This document shows, in pieces, positions 1-7,535 of a stretch of 64,000 bases of DNA. This DNA is from Candidatus Parcubacteria bacterium (GTDB taxonomy: Bacteria; Patescibacteriota; Minisyncoccia; Phycocordibacterales; UBA918): positions 1-64,000 of the forward strand of contig JBJOPW010000003.1 in assembly GCA_046050355.1 (NCBI GenBank), written 5' to 3'. The notes below the pieces were generated by a model. It searched no databases. It worked only from the letters and a program-made list of their open reading frames with translations, and was not told the origin of the DNA. Each line of letters opens with the position of its first letter. Within the stretch, counting starts at the first letter, position 1. Position numbers and translations under genes: made by a program.

Positions 1-58
1 AGACGAGGTGGTATTTGCAATCAAAGACGGTATGGCTGGTCTTGCGGTAGAGTTGCAT
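1..58 (-). mobile_element. tnpA: IS200/IS605-family Y1 transposase TnpA, 5' end (runs off window)
   Basis: Hand translation from ATG at 58 gives MQLYRKTSHTVFDCKYHLV, matching the typical IS200 TnpA N-terminus (SHTVxxxxYHxV). Confidence 0.85.
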
Positions 59-85
59 GGAGTGTAGTGTACCACCTTAAAAGAA

Positions 86-99
86 TCGCCTGAAGGCGA
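86..99. mobile_element. IS200-type subterminal hairpin (element end)
   Basis: TCGCC-TGAA-GGCGA just upstream of tnpA. Confidence 0.6.
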
Positions 100-232
100 G
101 GGGTTTGCTCCCAAAGGTTGATACAAAACTACTCTCCAAAACGAGAGTATTTTTGTTTTATGCCACAGACCATACAGTTCGAGGAGTTGGTTTCGAGAGT
201 ATAAAATGCTAGAGTAGTGTGCAATTGAATAT

Positions 233-305
233 GACCGAGTGGTGAAGCGGTTAACACTGCGGTTTGCAAAACCGCCACGCGCGGGTTCGATTCCCGCCTC
301 GGTCT
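233..305 (+). tRNA. tRNA-Cys(GCA)
   Basis: Acceptor GACCGAG/CTCGGTC; anticodon arm GCGGT-TTGCAAA-ACCGC; T-loop TTCGATT. Confidence 0.95.
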
Positions 306-374
306 CACTATTACAAACATCCACGAGAGTGGCTTTTTGTAATAGTGTGCTAGCGCATTACTTGACAAAGTGAT

Positions 375-458
375 GCCCGGGTGGTGTAATCGGTAGCCAC
401 ACAAGACTTAAAATTTTGGGACCGCAAGGTCGTACGGGTTCAAGTCCCGTCCCGGGCA
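375..458 (+). tRNA. tRNA-Leu(TAA)
   Basis: Acceptor GCCCGGG/CCCGGGC; anticodon loop CTTAAAA; long variable arm; T-loop TTCAAGT. Confidence 0.95.
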
Positions 459-504
459 CTATATAAAATCTTAATGCGCTTTATGGCGCATTTTGATTTT
501 AATA

Positions 505-638
505 GTGACCGGGAGCAAGCAAACTGCTTTGCTTGCGAGCGGGACTTGAAAGCCAGAATATGTCGCTCTGCGACTATGAGGCGGGGTCGCGGAAATTTCT
601 GTAAGAAATTATCTGTGACCAAGTCCCATCCCCGGCAC
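505..638 (+). repeat. tRNA-3'-associated structured element (type I core) after tRNA-Leu(TAA)
   Basis: Inverted tRNA 3' copy (505-514 + 540-550) split by hairpin 515-536; core 551-620; direct copy 620-638 (17/19). Confidence 0.75.
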
Positions 639-647
639 AAAAATAAA

Positions 648-671
648 ACTACTTCATTTAAATGAAGTAGT
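648..671. repeat. 24-bp perfect palindrome ACTACTTCATTTAAATGAAGTAGT, copy 1
   Basis: Identical to 1785-1808; lies between convergent tRNA units. Confidence 0.85.
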
Positions 672-687
672 TTTATTTTTGTATTTA

Positions 688-821
688 GTGCCTCCTCAAG
701 GGCTCGACCGTTACACGGTCAGTACACCTTGTGGCTATATTCTCCTGTCGTCGAATCTAGCTCACATGGTTTTCTCGCCACGCAACGCTTTTCTAATCGA
801 AAAGCTACGTCTTGAGGGGGC
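688..821 (-). repeat. tRNA-3'-associated structured element (type II core) after tRNA-Lys
   Basis: Inverted copy 811-821 plus degenerate 772-779 split by hairpin 780-810; direct copy 688-707 (19/20 to 858-877). Confidence 0.75.
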
Positions 822-858
822 GCAATAATAAAACGCACAGGAGTGCGTTTTATTATTG

Positions 859-932
859 TGCCCCCTCAAGGGCTCGAACCTTGGACCGTCTCCTTAAGAG
901 GGAGCTGCTCTACCAACTGAGCTAAGAGGGCA
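859..932 (-). tRNA. tRNA-Lys(CTT)
   Basis: D-arm GCTC-AGTTGGTA-GAGC; anticodon loop CTCTTAA; T-arm CAAGG-TTCGAGC-CCTTG; acceptor stem has one extra nt. Confidence 0.9.
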
Positions 933-1043
933 TCTGTTATTTATTTGTGGCGAGAGTATACAAGTTTTTCTTCACAAAGGCAAGCGATTGGTAAGCCCCG
1001 TCTGAGTATGCTACACTCGTAATCACATAAAAGTAAGCAGTGT

Positions 1044-1125
1044 GCCCAGGTGGCGAAATTGGTAGACGCACTTGCCTTAGGAGCAAGCGAGGCGACTCAT
1101 GGAGGTTCAAGTCCTCTCCTGGGCA
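1044..1125 (+). tRNA. tRNA-Leu(TAG)
   Basis: Acceptor GCCCAGG/CCTGGGC; anticodon arm CTTGC-CTTAGGA-GCAAG; variable arm. Confidence 0.95.
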
Positions 1126-1157
1126 CACTGTTTGGTTTAAGATGTACGAGAAGGGTT

Positions 1158-1299
1158 ACAAAACACTAAAGAGTAGTGATGTTTTCTGTGAGGACTTGAA
1201 GAGGTTCTGGTATATCGCACGGAACGTTAGTGAGTATGATACGAAACCTGTACCGAACATGTAATATTCAAGTCCTCACTTCCGCACACTGTGTGGTTT
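1158..1299 (+). repeat. tRNA-3'-associated structured element (type II core) after tRNA-Leu(TAG)
   Basis: Inverted GAGGACTTGAA 1190-1200; motif TGTACCGAACATGTAATATTC; direct TTCAAGTCCTC...GCACACTGT.TGGTTT 1267-1299. Confidence 0.7.
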
Positions 1300-1362
1300 T
1301 ACAAAAAGAGTCAGCTTGGGCTGACTCTTTTTGTAAACTCATAAATCACTTATAATTCCCCT

Positions 1363-1779
1363 ATGAACACCCCTGCCTTTGCCCTCGGAGACGGTATCAC
1401 CCCACCCACTCCATTTGTCCTCCTCCCCCACATCATTGAAGACCGTGGGAGTCGCTATAGCGTGAGCTATGGGCAGGTACAGAGTCGCGAAGACATCAAA
1501 ACCTTCCTCAAAACCCTCAAAAAGGACAAGGGCTATGTGCGCGCTGACCACAACAGCTTTGCTGCACGGATTGAGCATGAAGGGGTTATTTATGAAACAA
1601 AGAGCGATGATGGCGAGACTGGCGCGGGCCAGGTGATACTCCGAATGCTCGAGAAGCATGATGTCCGCAATAGTGTCGTCTGCGTCACCCGCTGGTTTGG
1701 CGGTATCAAACTCATGGGTGACCGCTTCAAACATATCCAAGACGCTACGGTTACTGCAATCCACCACATGAAAGAATAA
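1363..1779 (+). CDS. YigZ/IMPACT family protein (N-terminal domain only)
   Basis: HNSFAAR, DDGETGAG, VTRWFGGIKLMG motifs. Confidence 0.9.
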   Translation: MNTPAFALGDGITPPTPFVLLPHIIEDRGSRYSVSYGQVQSREDIKTFLKTLKKDKGYVRADHNSFAARIEHEGVIYETKSDDGETGAGQVILRMLEKHDVRNSVVCVTRWFGGIKLMGDRFKHIQDATVTAIHHMKE

Positions 1780-1784
1780 ACTCC

Positions 1785-1808
1785 ACTACTTCATTTAAAT
1801 GAAGTAGT
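1785..1808. repeat. 24-bp perfect palindrome, copy 2
   Basis: Identical to 648-671; between convergent genes. Confidence 0.85.
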
Positions 1809-1864
1809 GGACCAGCGACTCACAAAAGACCCTCAAGGATGAGAGTCTTTTGTGAGTCTTATGA

Positions 1865-2914
1865 CTAAGCATGACGGAGTGGTGCCTTCTTGAATTGAGC
1901 CGGACGGAAGAAGCGATTGTAGTAGCGAGCCAGGACTTTTTTGGTGCGGGTCGGGAGCTTGTCAATGAACTCACACTTACGGGAGCAGTAGCCATGATAC
2001 TTTGCGGTACAGTCTGCACAGCCGAGGAAGAGCACATGACAAATCTGATTCTTGCAGTGGTAGTGGGTATCACTCTTGTTCACGCGGCAGAGGTGGCAGT
2101 GTGAGATGACTTCGTCACTAATCCGTTCGGCAAGACGTTCATCAAATACAAAATTAGTCCCGTGGAATTTGTTCGGCAGCTCCTCTTCTTTCACCTGCCG
2201 CGCGTAGTCGATGATACCGCCCTTGAGGTGTCGGACATCCTTGAAACCATTGTGCTTCAACCACGCACTCGCCTTCTCACAGCGAATCCCACCGGTGCAG
2301 TAGAGGGCAATCTTTTTGTTCTGGTGGACCTTAAGGAGTTCTGGCGCAATCGCGAGCTCTTCGCGGAAGGTGTCTACTTGGGGCAAAATGGCCTTCTCAA
2401 AGCGCCCCACTTCACTCTCATACGCATTACGCATATCAACCACGACAGCGTCAGGATCATCGATATAGGCATTCATCTCAGCCGCGGTGAGGTAAGCACC
2501 AGTATCAGTAACATCAAAGGTACTATCATCAAGTCCGTCCGCCACAATCTTCTTGCGGACTTTAATGGTCAGTTTGTAAAACGAAGAGAAATCTTTTTCT
2601 TCGACCGCTAGCTTATACGGTACGCCGGTGAGTTCTGGCAATGACTGGAGGAACGCATCAAGTGCGTCGAAGTTATCAGTCGGTACATTCATCTGGGCAT
2701 TAATCCCCTCACTCGCCACGTAGATACGTCCAAGACAATCAAGCTCATGCATCTTGGCATACAAGGTAGCTCGAAAGGCCGTAGGGTCCGCGAGACGTAC
2801 ATACCGATAAAAAGACAAGGTGGTCCGTTCACGCGTATCAGCAGCAATCGCTTGTTTCTTTTCGGCCCGTGATCGTAAATCAGGCTGTGGTTGAGTATGG
2901 GTAGCGGTTTGCAT
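1865..2914 (-). CDS. trhO: Rhodanese-domain tRNA U34 hydroxylase (UPF0176/YceA)
   Basis: GRIYVASEGINAQ, DMRNAYESEVGRF, YCTGGIRCEKAS, NFVFDER; start chosen at second Met. Confidence 0.9.
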   Translation of the reverse strand: MQTATHTQPQPDLRSRAEKKQAIAADTRERTTLSFYRYVRLADPTAFRATLYAKMHELDCLGRIYVASEGINAQMNVPTDNFDALDAFLQSLPELTGVPYKLAVEEKDFSSFYKLTIKVRKKIVADGLDDSTFDVTDTGAYLTAAEMNAYIDDPDAVVVDMRNAYESEVGRFEKAILPQVDTFREELAIAPELLKVHQNKKIALYCTGGIRCEKASAWLKHNGFKDVRHLKGGIIDYARQVKEEELPNKFHGTNFVFDERLAERISDEVISHCHLCRVNKSDTHYHCKNQICHVLFLGCADCTAKYHGYCSRKCEFIDKLPTRTKKVLARYYNRFFRPAQFKKAPLRHA

Positions 2915-2960
2915 GATGTGGCCTAGCATAGCAAATTACAAAACTTCTTTCCACCTATAT

Positions 2961-3299
2961 CTACGATAGAATAAGTGCTTTCACTTTCTCTTGCACATCT
3001 GCGAGAACCGTCTTCGTGACTTCCTGAATAAAACTAACGTAGCGCGCTTGCCAATCTAATGTTCGTAGTTGGTCAGTCAAAATCACACCAGCTTTACCAT
3101 CAAGCATGATTTTCACTTCAAACGGATAACCTTTGATCTTTGAAGTTACGGGACAACAAACCAGTAAACCTGTTTTTTGGTTATAGTTTTGTGGTGACAA
3201 AACTAACGCTGGTCGTAGGTTCTTTTGCTCGTGACCAAGCGCTGGATTAAAATTAACCCATACTATATCTCCGCGTTTTGGGATATATGAAGCTACCAT
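2961..3299 (-). CDS. mazF: MazF/PemK toxin
   Basis: YIPKRGDIVWVNFNPALGHEQ..RPALVLS..YN, CPVTSKIKGYPFEV, DQLRTLD. Confidence 0.95.
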   Translation of the reverse strand: MVASYIPKRGDIVWVNFNPALGHEQKNLRPALVLSPQNYNQKTGLLVCCPVTSKIKGYPFEVKIMLDGKAGVILTDQLRTLDWQARYVSFIQEVTKTVLADVQEKVKALILS

Positions 3300-3535
3300 A
3301 CTTCTTTACCAATATCTGAACCCCACGATACTTCATCATGCTTATTTTTGTTGGTAATCTTTTTTACCAAAGTATCAATATGAGCGCTTGCGGTTTCGAT
3401 CGGTTCAATCAAAATACCGGTCTCTGTTTCGGTGAGACGAACCGGCTTACCATCTGTGAGCGCTTTACGCGCAGCAAGTGTACGAGGCAAACGTACCCCC
3501 AAGCTATTGCCCCATTTTTGCAAGTTTGTTTCCAT
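3293..3535 (-). CDS. mazE: MazE/AbrB antitoxin
   Basis: KWGNSLGVRLP, C-terminal GKEVW; overlaps toxin start. Confidence 0.92.
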   Translation of the reverse strand: METNLQKWGNSLGVRLPRTLAARKALTDGKPVRLTETETGILIEPIETASAHIDTLVKKITNKNKHDEVSWGSDIGKEVW

Positions 3536-3545
3536 ATCTGTCCAT

Positions 3546-3566
3546 TGTATATACATTGTATATACA
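3546..3566. promoter_or_regulatory. Probable mazEF operator
   Basis: Two tandem TGTATATACA palindromes immediately upstream of mazE. Confidence 0.65.
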
Positions 3567-3852
3567 TGTCAAACTATACAATGCAACAACCCAAATGCCG
3601 GTCATATTTCGAGCGTATGCATTTTATTTGGCAAAATCACCAAACAAACCTTATCTAGAGCCATATCATACCTTCCCTATAACTTGACTTTTTGCACTAA
3701 ATATGCTATTATATAACCAGAACGGGGGCATACTACCCAGTTACCCAAGCCTACCTATTTTGGTCGGTTACGGTAACTGGGCAGTCCTTGCCCTAACAGC
3801 AACCTCAGTGCCCAGCATGTGCTGGACTGACAACAGAAATAAAGGAAACAAG

Positions 3853-4644
3853 ATGGCTAACGGTTGGCTATGGGCGCTTCTTCATGGAGCGTCGGCTGGA
3901 GAGAATTTCATTGAAGTCCTCCAGCGAATTCGTGGCGGATCTAAACCCTCCGCCGAAGAAGATGCCGCGAAGTTCGGCGCTGGTTTCGGCGATGAACATG
4001 ACTATGCCCGAATCATGATGAAACTCAGTGACACTGAACTGGCACACTGGGTGGGAATCGTGGATCGTGGATGGCCGATGGGCGATGACCTCAACTTCGC
4101 CCAGAAACGACGGAACGGCAGCGATCGGGCTCGCATGATGCAGATCATTGCAAGCATGGATAGGGTGTCCGAAGTCGGCACCCGAACCAAGAAGATCGAG
4201 GTGACCGACGGCCAGAAAAAGACGATGGTCGAAGAAGCCAAGAAAATCCTCAGCGGTTCGAACACCAAAGACGCAGTAACTTTCATCAAACACACCGTGA
4301 AGATGTTGGATGATGATATGAAACGCGCGGGTTATGGGACACAGAACCAGCTGACCCAAGCAGGTTTCATCAACCCGGCTTGGGAAGAGACCCGCAACTA
4401 TGCCATCGATGGCGTACTCCGCTATTTGAAGCAGATCCGTTTCATGAGCGACAAGATGCCTTTGCCTGGCGAAAAAGACAAACTCATCAACATCAACCAC
4501 GCTATGAGCTGGGTAGGTGGAATTGCTGAAAAACTGTCGACCGAAGAAGGTCGCCAGAACTTCATCATCGCCACTGAGCAAAGGGCCCAACAGCCCGAAT
4601 CCTTCTCGAGGCGTATCATCCGCCGAATCATGTTCGGCAAGTGA
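3853..4644 (+). CDS. Hypothetical protein
   Basis: Long ORF; AAAGGAAAC RBS before ATG 3853; TTGACT-17-TATTAT promoter near 3685-3713. Confidence 0.75.
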   Translation: MANGWLWALLHGASAGENFIEVLQRIRGGSKPSAEEDAAKFGAGFGDEHDYARIMMKLSDTELAHWVGIVDRGWPMGDDLNFAQKRRNGSDRARMMQIIASMDRVSEVGTRTKKIEVTDGQKKTMVEEAKKILSGSNTKDAVTFIKHTVKMLDDDMKRAGYGTQNQLTQAGFINPAWEETRNYAIDGVLRYLKQIRFMSDKMPLPGEKDKLININHAMSWVGGIAEKLSTEEGRQNFIIATEQRAQQPESFSRRIIRRIMFGK

Positions 4645-4655
4645 AAGGAAACGAC

Positions 4656-5579
4656 ATGGACTTTTTCCAAGCTTTGGGACGGCGAGCAGAAGACGCTGCC
4701 GTCAACTGGACCAACACGATCTTCAGGATCATGAAGTTCGCCGGGATTGTCATCATGGTCATGTTTGCCCTGAACGGGTTTGGCGTGACCGGCATGACGA
4801 TCAACCTCGTCATCTTTCTTCTGGGGACAGCGGCCATCTTGCTGGTGGGGTCTTCCCTGCCGGCTGTGGGCGCCGCTTTTCTGGCAGGAGGTCTTTTCGA
4901 AGCCCTCCAGGATCAAGATGCCAGTCAAGGGACCGTCAAGGGACTGAATGCTCTCGGACGACTTGTTCTCTTGGTCTCGATTGTCTGGATCCTGATCGCC
5001 GGAATCCTTTCAACCATCCCCTTCGCCTGGAATATCTGGTCGTTCCTGGTCATCTCGGCAGCTGCTGTGACAGGTGTTGCCGTGAACCAGTACTTCAAGA
5101 TTCTCGAAGGGAAATGGTTGGCCTGGGGAATGCTCATCTACGCGGCCGTTTTCGCAGTCATTGCCCTTCTCAACCTCTGGGGCACGGGCCGCATGGTTCT
5201 GCAAAGTGGGCAAGAAGCAGTGTCAGACGGTGTCGAATGGACTCTGAACAAGAACGGAGAAAGGCTGTCGACGCAAGCCGCGGAAACCGCAGCGCCGGTC
5301 AAGGCCACGGCCTCGAACGGCGCACCGGGCTACCTCGACCCGATCGTGGTGTCTCCGGGAACCACTTCGCCTGAGGTGGCCAACTCCTCGACCCAGCTCC
5401 AAGTCTGCCATAACACTCGCCCGGACTATGTAGACCGGGAAGTCAAACTCCAAACCGGAGAATGGATTGACAGCTCAGAGCAGGCCGGACGGACGGTGAT
5501 CGCGGTCCGGGTCAAAAACAACGGCACCACGCCGTTCACCTGGGACGTCCGGCGACAGTCGCCGCAGCTGCCTTGCTAG
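4656..5579 (+). CDS. Hypothetical membrane protein (about 6 TM plus C-terminal extracytoplasmic domain)
   Basis: Same AAAGGAAAC RBS; hydrophobic N-half, Ala/Pro/Thr linker, two Cys in C-domain. Confidence 0.8.
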   Translation: MDFFQALGRRAEDAAVNWTNTIFRIMKFAGIVIMVMFALNGFGVTGMTINLVIFLLGTAAILLVGSSLPAVGAAFLAGGLFEALQDQDASQGTVKGLNALGRLVLLVSIVWILIAGILSTIPFAWNIWSFLVISAAAVTGVAVNQYFKILEGKWLAWGMLIYAAVFAVIALLNLWGTGRMVLQSGQEAVSDGVEWTLNKNGERLSTQAAETAAPVKATASNGAPGYLDPIVVSPGTTSPEVANSSTQLQVCHNTRPDYVDREVKLQTGEWIDSSEQAGRTVIAVRVKNNGTTPFTWDVRRQSPQLPC

Positions 5580-5678
5580 GCTGCTGAAATCAGTTCCTTG
5601 CGCCTCAAAGGCGCACCACGCAACGAACTCCTCCGCCAGTCTATCGGCGGTGGGGTTCTTTTTTATATTATATAGTCG

Positions 5679-6068
5679 TTAGCAGCGGCCTGAGCCAGTG
5701 CAAGTAGGCGGTACATACAGTGACGAATCTATACAGTTAGCATTTAGTGGGTCATTCGCACAATCAAGCTCATCACTAAGGCCAAAGGTGTTCGCTGCAA
5801 TCCCTAAGATGCCATACGCTACGAGCATAATAAACATACCCACAATCCCCCAAATAATATGCATCTGACCGGTCTCACGTGCACTACTTTCAGCACTGTG
5901 GCTGATATATTCATAACAACCCCAGAGGAAAATCAAGAGTGCCAAGCCCATCAAAAGCGCAATGAGTGGATATAATATAACTTCGTTTAATTTTTGTACA
6001 AAATCATAAGCCTCTCTCTGACCTGGAGTCACTTGTGCGTATGCAACCGATATAATAAAACCAAACAT
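5679..6068 (-). CDS. TrbC/VirB2-like pilin
   Basis: AYAQ signal end; two TM helices around a polar loop (..ARETGQMHIIWGIVG). Confidence 0.75.
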   Translation of the reverse strand: MFGFIISVAYAQVTPGQREAYDFVQKLNEVILYPLIALLMGLALLIFLWGCYEYISHSAESSARETGQMHIIWGIVGMFIMLVAYGILGIAANTFGLSDELDCANDPLNANCIDSSLYVPPTCTGSGRC

Positions 6069-6143
6069 AAATATAGACAGTATAACACAAACCCCTCTCA
6101 ACTGAGAGGGGTTTGTGTTATACAAAATAAGTGTCTAAAGCAC

Positions 6144-6518
6144 CTAATTTGTCTTTACGTTTGGTGTACTGTCAAGTGTATCTTCAAGACCTAAACCATT
6201 TGAAAGAATATTTACAATTCCCCAGAAGGCGAGAATAACTACATACCCAGCGATGGCATACATGATGAGACTCTTGCCACTTTCTTTGGCTTCATCATTA
6301 GCTCCGCCCTGAATAAAGTACTTGAACATCCCCCACACGAAGATAAGGAAGCCGATTGAAAGAATGAATGGAATGACAATGCCCTCAATAAAATTGAGAA
6401 TAGTTGTCATGGCCGTACCAATTTCTCCACCTTGACCTCCACCTAAAAAAGTACCGGCTGAGGCTGGGTACGCCACGGCAAGTCCTGCCAAAATAACAAA
6501 AGAAAGTAATGATTTCAT
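6144..6518 (-). CDS. TrbC/VirB2-like pilin
   Basis: Signal peptide; FVWGMFKYF..DEAKESGKSLIMYAIAG. Confidence 0.8.
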   Translation of the reverse strand: MKSLLSFVILAGLAVAYPASAGTFLGGGQGGEIGTAMTTILNFIEGIVIPFILSIGFLIFVWGMFKYFIQGGANDEAKESGKSLIMYAIAGYVVILAFWGIVNILSNGLGLEDTLDSTPNVKTN

Positions 6519-6694
6519 AAAATACTAACTACTATAAAGGAAGCGGATATGTATGCTTCATTAGCAATTATACACGAAAACTCATATTTTTAAAGGGTTT
6601 CTGTCTGGGGTGTGCACAAGTGTTCTAGAATCTAGTGATTGGAGAAAATCGATTCTGACGAGACACTCAAAAGCTTAGGTTTAATTAAGCCTTG

Positions 6695-6820
6695 TAGTCA
6701 TTCAAAAACAAACTAAAACAAGGCGTGCAAACGAAGAAATATGAGCCGTACTTTCTGTACGGTAAATGTTTCTGATGTGCTGCGCAACACAGTTTTAGAA
6801 AGTTTTTGGATGGACGGTTA
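6695..6820. repeat. ERIC-like long hairpin, copy 1
   Basis: AAGGCG...GAG-CCGTAC/GTACGG...CAACACAG inside arms GTCATTCAAAAAC/GTTTTTGGATGGAC; abuts pilin stop. Confidence 0.7.
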
Positions 6821-7066
6821 GTTGCCGGTCAGTAGTGCAAGTATCCCCCAAATACTCACCATGACGATCATCACCATGACCGCAGTAATTGCCATTGTCG
6901 TACCTTCCTCACGTTTACTCGGATCATCGGCATGAATAATCCACGAATCAACCATCCTCCACAACACCACGAGAAAGGCTATGGCAAAAATAAATACAAT
7001 CGCCAAATTCACAAATTGGAGAAAGAAATTTACGAGGCCAGCAAAATCTGTCGGGGTAGTATTCAT
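6818..7066 (-). CDS. TrbC/VirB2-like pilin
   Basis: Two TM helices, loop DDPSKREEG, C-terminal VSIWGI. Confidence 0.75.
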   Translation of the reverse strand: MNTTPTDFAGLVNFFLQFVNLAIVFIFAIAFLVVLWRMVDSWIIHADDPSKREEGTTMAITAVMVMIVMVSIWGILALLTGN

Positions 7067-7075
7067 AGACTCTAG

Positions 7076-7513
7076 CTAGGCAGCAAAACTGGCTACCGTG
7101 TTTTTGATAATCTCGGCTATTGCTACCGCAGCGAGAATCAGCACCGCTCCAATAATAGCGTAGGTGAAGGTAGTGGTCGCTTCTTCGATCTGACCGGAGT
7201 TACCACGAGCGGTGACATACTTGAACCCGGCCAGAATGATAAAGAAGACAATGATCGGAATCATGAGGACCATGATGATGTTGAGGATGGCGACGAGGAG
7301 CTCTTCGATGGAGTTGACCTTAAGGGGGTTATTGAGGGTTACTTGTTGAATCTGTTGCCCTCCAGCCCCAGTTCCTTCCCCTGCACCAGCACCAGTACCT
7401 TCCCCTGCACCTGCTCCTGTACCTTCCAGAGCAAAAACAGATGTAGCAACAAACCCAAGGAGCAACGCTGGCAGACACATCACGAAGAAACCAATTTTCT
7501 GAAGAAGACTCAT
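7076..7513 (-). CDS. TrbC/VirB2-like pilin with (EGTGAGAG)n linker
   Basis: LNNPL, AGFKYVTARGN..A..TFTYAIIG. Confidence 0.8.
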   Translation of the reverse strand: MSLLQKIGFFVMCLPALLLGFVATSVFALEGTGAGAGEGTGAGAGEGTGAGGQQIQQVTLNNPLKVNSIEELLVAILNIIMVLMIPIIVFFIILAGFKYVTARGNSGQIEEATTTFTYAIIGAVLILAAVAIAEIIKNTVASFAA

Positions 7514-7535
7514 ACTGACTCAAAACTAACCATGA

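Noticed and set aside
129-1264. Short ORFs over the tRNA cluster
   Set aside because: They overlap tRNAs and repeats; spurious.
620-1299. tRNA 3' direct repeats as prophage attR sites
   Set aside because: They enclose under 200 bp, no integrase is present, and att duplication does not explain the inverted copies.
7364-7430. 24-nt tandem repeat
   Set aside because: In-frame coding linker (EGTGAGAG) of a pilin.
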